Assembly: GCA_963827805.1 (NCBI GenBank)
Contig: CAWHCC010000003.1
Span: forward strand, 491,186-555,185
Source: an uncultured Chloroflexia bacterium
GTDB taxonomy: Bacteria > Chloroflexota > Anaerolineae > Anaerolineales > UBA11858
Length of the DNA stretch: 64,000 bases
Direction of reading: 5' to 3'
Positions 19,419-28,355 of the stretch are shown here, piece by piece. The notes below the pieces were generated by a model. The model had not been told where the DNA came from. It did not search any database and worked only from the letters and a program-made list of their open reading frames with translations. Position 1 is the stretch's first letter. Every line of letters starts with the position of its first letter. Position numbers and translations under genes: made by a program.

Positions 19419-20762
19419 ATGGGTCAAATTATCACATTTTATTCATATAAAGGTGGGGTCGGTAGGACGATGGCACTTGCCAATGTGTCTGTTATTTTGG
19501 CAAAGTGGGGTTATCGTGTGCTGGTAGTTGATTGGGACTTGGAAGCCCCTGGTCTGGGTTACTTCTTCAAGAATTATGTAAATCCCGATGAATATCAGTA
19601 TATGCGAGAGCAAGCTGGCATTGTTGATTTGCTCATCCAATACTTAGGAGAAAATTCATCCAGCCTGGACTATGTTGCTGCTCCATTCAACGTAGAAAGC
19701 GTGAATAATAACCCGATCCATTTTATTTCTGCCGGCAGACGAGAAGGGGACCGCAGTCAATACCTGAGCAAGGTTCGGCAACTGGATGTCAGCGATTTTT
19801 ATCAACATAAACGGGGTGGATTGTTCATTGAAGAGTTGCGTAACAAATGGAGGGAAGATTACGATTTTGTGCTAATCGATAGTCGGACCGGAATCACGGA
19901 TATCGGTGGTATCTGTACCATCCAACTTCCTGATAAGTTAGTTATGTTGTTTGTGGCGAATAAACAAAACGTAAACGGAACTGTTGACGTGTTTCGCAGA
20001 GTCAAAGAAGCCAGATATGAACTGCCGTTCGATCGTCAAGCGCTAGTTTCTGTTCCTATAGCTACCCGATTCGAAATCACTGAGTATAAGTTATCCCAAG
20101 AGTGGCTGGATTTGATCAATGAAGCTATGGAACCGCTATACTCAAACTGGTTACCAAAAAAAGTGGAATCCAAAACAATGCTTGAGCGTACCAGAATACC
20201 TTATATCCCGTATTTTGGTTTTGGAGAAAAGCTTCCTGTCATTGAGCAAGGTACAGATGACCAATTGAGTCTTGGCTATTCCTATGAGAGTTTGGCTGCA
20301 CTACTCGGGAATAACCTGACTGATGTGGACCAATTCACCCGAAGAAGGGATACCTACCTTGAAGCGGCCAGGAAGAAAGAAGTCTCTGTCTTTATCAGTT
20401 ATTCTCGAAAAGATAGAGATTTTGTCACCATGTTAAGTGAGGATTTGAGGAAAAAGGGTATCAATGTATGGATCGATAGTTCCATTGCAGGTGGAGAGAG
20501 TTGGCGGAGCACCATAACAGAGAATTTGGTGAAAGCGAGTGATGTAGTAGTCGTATTATCCTTTAGCGCTGCGGCATCATCCTGGGTTCAACAAGAAATC
20601 TCAATAGCTTATTCACGTGACAAGAAAATGATCCCTGTTTTGATCGATGATTTGCCACCCAATGAGATTCCTATATCCTTACAAGATTTCCAGTTGATTG
20701 ATTTTCGGCAGACACCTTATGAACTAGCGTTCAGAAGGTTGTTGACCAGTCTACAAGGCTAG
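19419..20762 (+). CDS. ParA/MinD-like P-loop ATPase with deviant KGGVGR Walker A, fused to a C-terminal TIR domain
   Basis: The N-terminus has ITFYSYKGGVGRTMALANVSVILA, VVDWDLEAPGL and the Walker B DFVLIDSRTGITD. The C-terminal ~125 aa reads VSVFISYSRKDRDF...INVWID...SSWVQQEISIA (TIR with conserved Glu). It starts 6 nt after the upstream stop. Confidence 0.8.
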   Translation: MGQIITFYSYKGGVGRTMALANVSVILAKWGYRVLVVDWDLEAPGLGYFFKNYVNPDEYQYMREQAGIVDLLIQYLGENSSSLDYVAAPFNVESVNNNPIHFISAGRREGDRSQYLSKVRQLDVSDFYQHKRGGLFIEELRNKWREDYDFVLIDSRTGITDIGGICTIQLPDKLVMLFVANKQNVNGTVDVFRRVKEARYELPFDRQALVSVPIATRFEITEYKLSQEWLDLINEAMEPLYSNWLPKKVESKTMLERTRIPYIPYFGFGEKLPVIEQGTDDQLSLGYSYESLAALLGNNLTDVDQFTRRRDTYLEAARKKEVSVFISYSRKDRDFVTMLSEDLRKKGINVWIDSSIAGGESWRSTITENLVKASDVVVVLSFSAAASSWVQQEISIAYSRDKKMIPVLIDDLPPNEIPISLQDFQLIDFRQTPYELAFRRLLTSLQG

Positions 20763-20967
20763 GCTAATTTGTTGCAACCGTTTCGATCGTTGTCCAAACT
20801 CCGACAATGGAACAGCTAAGTAATTGCTCATTTTGGTGCAACCCTTGTAGAGAACAGAGAGTTTGGTAGAGTGCTGTAAATAATCTGTTGGGCGGACGGA
20901 CTAAGGGTGAAAATAATGAAGACCATCTAGCCCAGTTTATTTTTCTGAAATGAGAAACTCAGGCTGT

Positions 20968-20985
20968 TTGTCTCAATTGAGACAA
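20968..20985. repeat. Perfect 18-bp palindrome TTGTCTCAATTGAGACAA; third half-site at 21043-21051
   Basis: Read directly from the sequence. It lies between the TIR cassette and the 3' end of the IS4-like pseudogene. Confidence 0.7.
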
Positions 20986-21037
20986 GTTGGTGTGATGGGC
21001 AAAACATGCTATTAAGTGGGTGTAATCTCGCAATTAC

Positions 21038-22275
21038 TTACGTTGAGACAAAAGTTCGGACATTGCCATAAACGAGTATCGGGATGAGGCCCAAGACCGC
21101 CTGGGCGATGAGTGCGAGAACTTGATCAGGCAGCTTGGGTTTTTGGATGAGGAAAACAAAAGGACCAGAGTAAAGCCGCCATTTGCGATGTTGAGAAATT
21201 TGTTCAAGGACTTCACCAAAGAGATTTTCTTGGACTTGTTGGGGATCGAGTTTGCCATCGGTGACATCTCTTTGAGCTTCACCAAAGAGCAAGGCGATGA
21301 TAAAGGCATTTAAGGTGAGGGCGATCATCTTTTCGAGATAATCCCGGCGTTTGTTCATCAGTTTAGGCAAATGCAACGGGTCTTTACAATGTCGGAAAAG
21401 TCATTTAGATTTTCATGCGATTTAGGAAAATCTGGAGGGCTGTTTTAGGTTCCAGACTGGAAATCACTCATAAGGAGTTACTCATGCCTTTGCGCCAGTG
21501 GCCAATCAGATTGACGGGCACCACACCGAGATAAAAACCTGCCAGTGGATGACGGTCTTACCCGGACGCACAAACAGCTTAATGGGATTACCCTCGGCAT
21601 CGATCAGACGCGGTTGTTTGTGCTGATCCCCCAGATTCAAGCGGATCACAAACTGGATCTGCTCGCTATACAAGCGCTCCATCAGGGCGCGGTAGCCAAA
21701 CTCCCGGTCCAACACCAGGGGTCTCTCTCCCAAGAGCTCTTTCACGGCTGCAAAACAGCGCGTATGCTCCTGGTTGCGCGAAGTCACCTGCTCTCCGATG
21801 GTTTTCGATGAATAAGTGATGAAATGGAAGGGGATCGCCCGGCCCCGAAAGGGGGTCGACAGGGCCAACAACCAATAACCAGGTGTTTGACCATCCGCAA
21901 GGGTGCCCACATAGGCGGTTTTGGGGGCCTTGTACCTCGCCATCTCCGTCGGATCTCCGATCACAAAAAGTCAGCCTCCTCCTGATACAGGCGCAGCAAG
22001 GCGGCCTGCACATCGGTCTGGCTGATGAAACGCTGGATCGCTTGGTAGTTGCTTTCACTCTGACCTGCCATTTGCTTTGCAATGTTCGTCAGCCGGGGTG
22101 ATTTGGCTGCGAGGATCGTTGGCCCGATCTCGCCACCTTTCTCCGCTTGCTTTTTATCATCGATTAGGTAATGCATAATTTCAGCATAGTTGATAAACTT
22201 GTTCATGGAAGTCTCCTTTCTGAGATACCTGGCTAGGGTTTTTCTCAGTTTAGAGGCTTCCGCTTCTTTTTTCAA
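21038..22275 (-). pseudogene. IS4-superfamily-like DDE transposase, fragmented into three ORFs
   Basis: The three ORFs are 21961..22275, 21506..21964 and 21038..21376. The junction reads ...YQEEADFL*/(V)IGDPTEM across a T5 run. A LVLDREFGY DDE-like motif is present, and there is a second disruption between 21376 and 21506. Confidence 0.6.
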
Positions 22276-22419
22276 TACCTTTGTCCGGACCTAAGTCCTA
22301 AGATAGGGTCAAGATCTATACGGTCATGAATTATATGCCCACCAACCAATCGAACTCGATGCATTTGAATATGCAGCCCGTATTCGTAACGGATTAATTG
22401 CAGAAAACTGGAGCACAAA

Positions 22420-22724
22420 ATGAATCAAGAGAAGATCAAATCACGTCTTGTAATTGAATTTGGTTACGCCGAGAGTGGTGCCACATTAGTGTCAACACAA
22501 TTAATGAACTTAACAACTGATATTAGAAAAGCTTTTGAAAGTTATTGGAGTTCAAATGTAATTCCAGATTTAGAATTGGAAGGTTATTCTCTTAAGGGGC
22601 TAATGAAAGAAATATGAATCCTTTTGCGGCGTTTCTTACTTTGGATTGGCTTGCTAGAGAACCGGAGAAAGCAAAAGTATCTTTAGCAAGAGGTTATGAT
22701 TCTATAGGCAATCCTGAAGGCTAG
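22420..22724 (+). pseudogene. Small hypothetical gene split by a frameshift at about 22612
   Basis: The 65-aa ORF ends ...GLMKEI*. The +1 frame continues NMNPFAAFLTLDWLAREPEKAKVSLARGYDSIGNPEG* (stop 22722-22724). Confidence 0.4.
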
Positions 22725-22830
22725 ATTATTTTGGGAAATATTCGTGGTTCGCCTAGACACATACTAAGATCGTTCGCGCTATGCTAGTTCTTCTGTAAGT
22801 CCAGAAGGAATGGGACATTTGGATAAGTTA

Positions 22831-22990
22831 ACTATTGGAGACTTCTCAGCCCTACGAGCTGGTTATACACCGACAAGAAATAAGTTCTGTTGGCAGCGTA
22901 AAGCCATGGTTTTTTGTTTGATTTTGTCTCGTACGGACTGAGCCTCCTTTTCTTTTCCAAAATAGAAGCAGGTGTCATATTATCCAATAA
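22831..22990 (-). pseudogene. Second remnant (3' end only) of the rve-type IS seen at 4684-5300
   Basis: About 160 nt are alignable by eye with 4684-4845, for example ATACACCGAC..A.TAAGTTCTGTTGGC.GCGTAAA.CCATGGTTT and GATTTTGTCTCGT. It encodes only ...NMTPASI.. of the transposase C-terminus. Confidence 0.55.
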
Positions 22991-23167
22991 ATACAAAGGA
23001 CGCCTTTTCAGATGCACTCATAAATTATATTGTTTTCGGTGCTATCTCGGTTAAAATTGCTCTATTAGCAAGACAGGTGGGTATGTCATTCCTTCTTCAT
23101 GCTTGCTGCAGTTTTGTTGCAGATAGATCAACAAAGCATGGATACATTCGATTGAATGGATAACTAA

Positions 23168-24149
23168 CCGGATGTGCAAGTATTAAACTACGAGTTTAGC
23201 CAAATGGAGCGGTGGCAGCTCTGCTTGGCAACAAAATAGAACGGCAATCGTATGGCTTAAGAGCTTGCGCATCCACCGAGAAGTGAGATGCCAAGCATCC
23301 CGAGCCCAGACTTTCTTGATATGAAATCGATCCACGAGTTGTCCAATCACGGTTTCAATCCGATAACGCATGTGTGTCAGCTGAAGCGGAAAACGAAAGG
23401 GTTCACGCTGCGCGCTGCGGAAAGGTGTCACCAGGCCCAAACCGCGCGCTTGCAGGGTTTCCTGCAAAGCAGGTTTCCAATAGTTGCGATCACCCAGCGC
23501 CCAACCGCGACAATCAGAGAGCAAGGTTTCGGCGGCGACGGTGTCATGCACATTGGCCAGGGTTACCCGCACATCGGAGATCACCCCAGACCAACGGAGA
23601 CACGGGTGTACCCGAAAGCCATCATAGGTCTGGCGCGCCACTTCATCATGACCAAAGGCCGCCTGACCTTGGAAACTTTGACAGCGTGGGACCCGGGCAA
23701 AGCGACACACCGGCACCGGAAAGCTGTCGATGACCGTAATCAGATCATCCTGCGGCACCTGGTTGACCAGGGCTTGCCACAGTTCCCGTTTCACGAACCA
23801 CAGGTTGGCCGCCGGTCGCAAAAAAGTCGTGCGGTGAATACGCCTCAACTCGGGAAACAATTCTCCAAAGTGCCTGCGGAAGTAGCGGTACAGCCCACTG
23901 TCCGTGTCGAGGCCCATGAACTCGCCGACCACTTCAATGGTCAGCACTTCCGCATCACTCAGCCTCGGTTGCAGACCCCGCGCGCGCAAGCGCCGGTCGC
24001 CTAACCAGTTGTCTATCAGACAATAAACGCTGACCAAAAAAGTGGTAATATCCATGGCAGAGACCTCCAGTTAGATGTTTGGATTCGACACCTAATTTCT
24101 AACGGTGGTCTTTATCTTATGTCAAGGTACTTGAAAACTTACACATCGG
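23168..24149 (-). mobile_element. IS982-family insertion sequence (apparently intact, ~982 bp)
   Basis: Imperfect terminal inverted repeats are CCGGATGTGCAAGTATTAAACTA (23168-) and the reverse complement of GGTACTTGAAAACTTACACATCGG (-24149). The interior is visibly more GC-rich than the flanks. Confidence 0.75.
23183..24055 (-). CDS. IS982-family transposase
   Basis: Matching features: VIDSFPVPVCRFAR, ANVHD, LGDRNYW, YRIETVIGQLVDRF. The 290-aa length is typical of IS982. Confidence 0.8.
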   Translation of the reverse strand: MDITTFLVSVYCLIDNWLGDRRLRARGLQPRLSDAEVLTIEVVGEFMGLDTDSGLYRYFRRHFGELFPELRRIHRTTFLRPAANLWFVKRELWQALVNQVPQDDLITVIDSFPVPVCRFARVPRCQSFQGQAAFGHDEVARQTYDGFRVHPCLRWSGVISDVRVTLANVHDTVAAETLLSDCRGWALGDRNYWKPALQETLQARGLGLVTPFRSAQREPFRFPLQLTHMRYRIETVIGQLVDRFHIKKVWARDAWHLTSRWMRKLLSHTIAVLFCCQAELPPLHLAKLVV

Positions 24150-24386
24150 GTTAATTAAGCTTTAATGCCAGCAAACTCCATCCGTCGTGCTATCTATTAG
24201 TCCCCAGCATAAATTCCAGCGATGGAAGTATAAGAATTATAAAAGATACGTTACCATGATAAACAAAAACATGGATACAAAAAAATTATTACACCTTAGG
24301 GCAGTATTTCAGGAAAAAAATATGCTATAGTATATTTGTCCAGACAAGCGATCTCGTTCATTCTCAGAATTCAGGGTCAAGTTTCG

Positions 24387-27008
24387 GTGACAAACCCTCT
24401 CCTCGCTACAAAACTCTATATCCCCAGAAATCACTCCTATACCATTTCCCGCTCGCGCCTGCTAAGATGTTTGGATACAAATCTGCTCTCGGAGAATGGC
24501 TTCGCGCGCGGCGTAACCCTCGTATCGGCCCCAGCCGGTTACGGTAAAACCACCCTGGTGATCGATTGGCTCAGGCATTGCCAATTCCCGACAGCCTGGC
24601 TTTCTCTTGACGGAGGTGATAACGATCCAGCGCGTTTCTTAGCTTATCTGATTATCGCCATTCGACGGGTGCAAGATAATTTTGGGGAGAACATCGAGTT
24701 GATGCTGAAAGCAGCAGGCCCGCCTCCTCCCGATATTATCTTGACCGCCCTGATCAATGAAATTACTGCCATCCCCGATGCCTTTGTTTTGGTTTTGGAT
24801 GATTATCACACCATCCATGATGCCAGTACCCACCAACTGGTAGCCTTTCTTTTGGAACATAAGCCTCCCCAGATGCACGTAATCTTGATTACGCGGGAAG
24901 ACCCCCTCTTACCTCTCGCTCGTCTGCGCGCGCAGGGACAGTTGACTGATATCAGACAAGACGATCTACGTTTCTCGGCCCAGGAGTGTCAGGGTTTCTT
25001 GCAAAATGCCTTGGGAATCAAATTCAGCCAGACTGAAATTGAAGCCCTGGAGCGCCGCACAGAAGGCTGGATAACGGGATTGCAATTGGCTGCTATATCG
25101 TTGGCAAAGGAAACTGATCACCAAAAATTTATTCGGGATTTTACCGGCAGCAGTCGTTACATTTTAGATTATCTGATGGAGGAAGTCTTCAACCATCAAT
25201 CACCCGAATTACAGGATTTCCTGCTCAAGACTTCCATCCTTGACCGCTTCTCTGGTCCACTTTGTGATGCAGTAGTTGGCAAAAATGGCAGCCAGGATAT
25301 GCTGGAGGAGGGCGAACACGCTAATCTTTTTATCAGCTCGTTGGATCACTCCCGGGAGTGGTATCGCTACCATCGCCTGTTTGCTGAATTGTTACGCTAT
25401 CGTTTGCGCGCCCGAGTAGATATTGATGAGAATGATCTGCACGACAAGGCCAGCCAGTGGTTCGAAGAGAATAACTTTGTTGCCGAGGCTATCCAGCATG
25501 CTATCACTGCCCAAAATTGGTTGTGCGTTGCCCGAATTTTAAGCGAAACCCACACAGAGATGCTCAAACGAGGCGAAGCAGTTACACTGCTACGCTGGTT
25601 TGGCGCGCTCCCTGAGGATGTGCTGCGATCCGATCCCCAGTTATGTTTCGATTACGCCTGGCCTTTGTTGCTGACCGGTCATTATGATGAAGCCACTGAG
25701 TTATTAGCCCATGTCGAAGGGATTGCCCGAGAAATCCCTACTTTCCTGGGAGAAATTATGACGGCGCAAGCCTATCTTGCCAGAGCTCAGGGGGATCATG
25801 CCCGCATAGTGGAACGCTCAGAACGGGCCAGAGCGCTTTTGCCACAAGAATCCGTGCACTCACGATGTCTGGTGGCTATCAACCTGGGATTGGCTTACTG
25901 GCACCTTGGGGATATGGAAGCCACCGAAGAAGTTTTGGGAGAAGCGATCGAAACCAGCCGGGCGACCAGCAACTACTATGCTTTGACCACTGCCATCATC
26001 CTGCAGGGGCGGGTGCTGGCAGTGCGCGGTCAGCTTCGAGCCGCCGCCGAAAAATTTCAGCAGGCGGATAATGATGGGGGCAAACTCCCGATCAATGCTC
26101 TGACTAACCTTGATTTGTGCGCCCTGCACTATGAGTGGAATCAACTTGAGGAAGCCGAACCCTACCTGAAGAAAGCCTTCGAACTGAGCCAGCGTGGCCA
26201 AAACGAAGAGTTCGAAGTAGCCTGCTGGATGATGCAATCCTGCCTGCAATTGGCTCAAGGGAATCCAGATGCAGCGAAAAAAGCACTAACCAAAGCGCAG
26301 GCCCTCGTTGTCAAAGGCACAATCCCGCCAGGAACCGCAGCACGCTTTGAAGTCGCCAAGCTGCGCCTGGCTCTCGCTCAAGATGATGCGTCAGCCATCC
26401 AAAAACTGAGAAACATGATGGTTGACGATGTCGATTCGCATAATTTCAACCGTTTCACGAATTTAGCCAAAGTCAGATTAATGCTGGCCCAAAATCAGCG
26501 GGATCGGGCTCACAAATATCTAGCAGAGCTGACAACGAAGGCCGAACAAAAAGGCTGGTGCTACACCCTGATTGCCATTCGCGTTCATCAGGCTCTGGCA
26601 GTTGAAAACCGCGAGATGGCTGTATACTTCTTGGAAAGGGCTTTGAAACTTGCGCAACCCGAAGGATTTAAGCGCATCTTTATTGATCTTGGCCCAGCGT
26701 TAATCCCCCACTTGAAAGAAGCCGCCCGCTGTGGAGTTAAACCAGCTTATGTGCGAGAGATACTGTCTACTATTCAAAGTGAGCAGGGGGACGAGACGCA
26801 AGTCAGCAGCTTGGCCGAACCACTCAGCGAACGGGAATTAGAAGTGCTGCGCCTGGTTGTGGCGGGTCTCTCCAACCGGGAGATCGCCAACGATCTGGTC
26901 ATCAGTCTGGGAACAGCGAAAACACATATCCACAATATTTATGGCAAGCTGGAAGTCAGCTCCCGGGCGCAAGCCATCGCCCGCGCCCGGGAGTATGAGT
27001 TGGTGTAA
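24387..27008 (+). CDS. MalT-like STAND ATPase / TPR / LuxR-family transcriptional regulator
   Basis: The Walker A is VSAPAGYGKTTL and the Walker B is FVLVLDDYH. A long helical-repeat region follows, and the C-terminal part reads LSERELEVLRLVVAGLSNREIANDLVISLGTAKTHIHNIYGKL. I prefer GTG 24387 (VTNPLLATKLYIPR) to the track's TTG 24336. Confidence 0.85.
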   Translation: MTNPLLATKLYIPRNHSYTISRSRLLRCLDTNLLSENGFARGVTLVSAPAGYGKTTLVIDWLRHCQFPTAWLSLDGGDNDPARFLAYLIIAIRRVQDNFGENIELMLKAAGPPPPDIILTALINEITAIPDAFVLVLDDYHTIHDASTHQLVAFLLEHKPPQMHVILITREDPLLPLARLRAQGQLTDIRQDDLRFSAQECQGFLQNALGIKFSQTEIEALERRTEGWITGLQLAAISLAKETDHQKFIRDFTGSSRYILDYLMEEVFNHQSPELQDFLLKTSILDRFSGPLCDAVVGKNGSQDMLEEGEHANLFISSLDHSREWYRYHRLFAELLRYRLRARVDIDENDLHDKASQWFEENNFVAEAIQHAITAQNWLCVARILSETHTEMLKRGEAVTLLRWFGALPEDVLRSDPQLCFDYAWPLLLTGHYDEATELLAHVEGIAREIPTFLGEIMTAQAYLARAQGDHARIVERSERARALLPQESVHSRCLVAINLGLAYWHLGDMEATEEVLGEAIETSRATSNYYALTTAIILQGRVLAVRGQLRAAAEKFQQADNDGGKLPINALTNLDLCALHYEWNQLEEAEPYLKKAFELSQRGQNEEFEVACWMMQSCLQLAQGNPDAAKKALTKAQALVVKGTIPPGTAARFEVAKLRLALAQDDASAIQKLRNMMVDDVDSHNFNRFTNLAKVRLMLAQNQRDRAHKYLAELTTKAEQKGWCYTLIAIRVHQALAVENREMAVYFLERALKLAQPEGFKRIFIDLGPALIPHLKEAARCGVKPAYVREILSTIQSEQGDETQVSSLAEPLSERELEVLRLVVAGLSNREIANDLVISLGTAKTHIHNIYGKLEVSSRAQAIARAREYELV

Positions 27009-27096
27009 TCAATCTATCACTCCCCTTAGAGCGATGTGATTGCGAACCGATTGCTGCACTCCGATGCGCTACGTGCGCAATGACGATAAGGGTGGT

Positions 27097-28344
27097 TTAC
27101 TCAAACTTGAAGCGCCAGATAGCAATCAAGAAGAAGATCAGCGATATTGCTAACAGGTAACCGACATAAGGGAGCACATCGGCCAGGGTGCCATTCAGGA
27201 TAACCAGAGTGTGGTAACCAATCATCGCCTGAGCCTGGGGGGTGAAGTAGGAAACCTTGGCCATAAAGCCTTCCCCACGGAAGAAGGCCGTATCCGGGTT
27301 GAAACAACCACCCAAAATGCCAAGTCCGAATATCAGCAGCATACCAATCGAAGAAGCCTGATCGCGGGAGCGCGCCAGGGCTGCAACTAGCATCCCCAGG
27401 GTGGTGGTTACCAATCCCAGGGCGAGGGTGACCAGCAACAAGCCTAAGGGGGAGTCACCCAAAGGCATGTCGAAGAAAATCGCGGCGATGCCGAAGACGA
27501 GTACCACCTGGATGATGATCAACAACGTATAAGCGCTGACCTTACCACCGATCAACGCACCTCGCGGCAAGGGCGAGGCGATCAGGCGGCGCAAGGAACC
27601 CAACTCTTTCTCTTTGATCAATTCCGTTGCTAAAGAGGGAATCACAAAGAAAGCGAACATTACAGTCAAGGCTGGCAACTGCAGGGCGAAGACGCTATCT
27701 TCCCAACTGAAGACACCCTTCCCTTTGACATCCACGCGCTGGAACTGGATGGGCTCATCGGTTTCCAGGTGCTGCATCTGGGTGAAGATCACACCCTCTG
27801 TCTGCGCCTGGGAAGCGCGGAACACCTCCGGTTTGGCGGATTCATCCAGACCCATATCGGTCAGCACCTCCCGGATGCCATAACGGATTTCGCTCTGGAT
27901 AGCCATGGCACTAGCAATCTCTTCGATTATAGTGGTGATAATGCGGCCATAGTTGGCCTGAGCCGGGTCGATACTCACAGTGATTTCGGTAGCCTGATAA
28001 TCATCGAGGCTTTGGCTAAAATCAGCTGGGATGATCACCGCGGCCATGAAGTCTCCAGTAGCTACCTGATCTTCTGCTGCCTCAGGTGTAGCCACGGTTT
28101 CCAGACTGAGTTCTTGGATATCCTTCAAAACTTCTACGATGGTATCTCCATAATCACCCGCGTCTTGATTGACCACGATCACTGGAATATTGATCCCAGC
28201 ACCATCCCCGCCAAAAATGGCACCGGCGAAAATCGAAATAGCAATCGGCAGGATAAAGATGGAGATCAGGGTTCCCCGATCCCCAAGGATGACAATCTGT
28301 AAATCTTTCAGCGTAACTGCCAGTGTTTTGCGAATTGCATTCAT
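27097..28344 (-). CDS. ABC-2 family exporter permease
   Basis: The architecture is an N-terminal TM helix, a large extracytoplasmic loop and five C-terminal TM helices. It is paralogous to the adjacent gene; both begin M..I...L.VTLKDLQI. Confidence 0.8.
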   Translation of the reverse strand: MNAIRKTLAVTLKDLQIVILGDRGTLISIFILPIAISIFAGAIFGGDGAGINIPVIVVNQDAGDYGDTIVEVLKDIQELSLETVATPEAAEDQVATGDFMAAVIIPADFSQSLDDYQATEITVSIDPAQANYGRIITTIIEEIASAMAIQSEIRYGIREVLTDMGLDESAKPEVFRASQAQTEGVIFTQMQHLETDEPIQFQRVDVKGKGVFSWEDSVFALQLPALTVMFAFFVIPSLATELIKEKELGSLRRLIASPLPRGALIGGKVSAYTLLIIIQVVLVFGIAAIFFDMPLGDSPLGLLLVTLALGLVTTTLGMLVAALARSRDQASSIGMLLIFGLGILGGCFNPDTAFFRGEGFMAKVSYFTPQAQAMIGYHTLVILNGTLADVLPYVGYLLAISLIFFLIAIWRFKFE

Positions 28345-28355
28345 CTCTAATCCTC

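Noticed and set aside
18810-20762. Classifying the TIR cassette as a Thoeris system.
   Set aside because: Thoeris needs a ThsA-type effector (SIR2, TM or Macro plus SLOG). No such domain is visible in either protein or in flanking ORFs. The partner here is a ParA-like ATPase.
21955-21975. Programmed -1 ribosomal frameshift in the IS4-like transposase (ORFs overlap by ATGA next to a T5 run).
   Set aside because: IS4-type transposases are not known to use programmed frameshifting. There is a second disruption further downstream (21376-21506). I saw no stimulatory structure. Simple decay is more likely.
23288-24004. 238-aa plus-strand ORF (and the 119-aa ORF at 23374..23733).
   Set aside because: It lies entirely antisense to the well-supported IS982 transposase. 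Its composition is Arg/Pro/Gly-rich, typical of a shadow ORF in GC-rich DNA, and it has no motifs.
24387-27008. MalT-like STAND ATPase as a third component of the TIR system.
   Set aside because: It ends in a LuxR DNA-binding domain, the classic MalT-type transcription-factor architecture. Three IS elements or remnants and about 3.6 kb separate it from the cassette. Linkage is therefore probably accidental.
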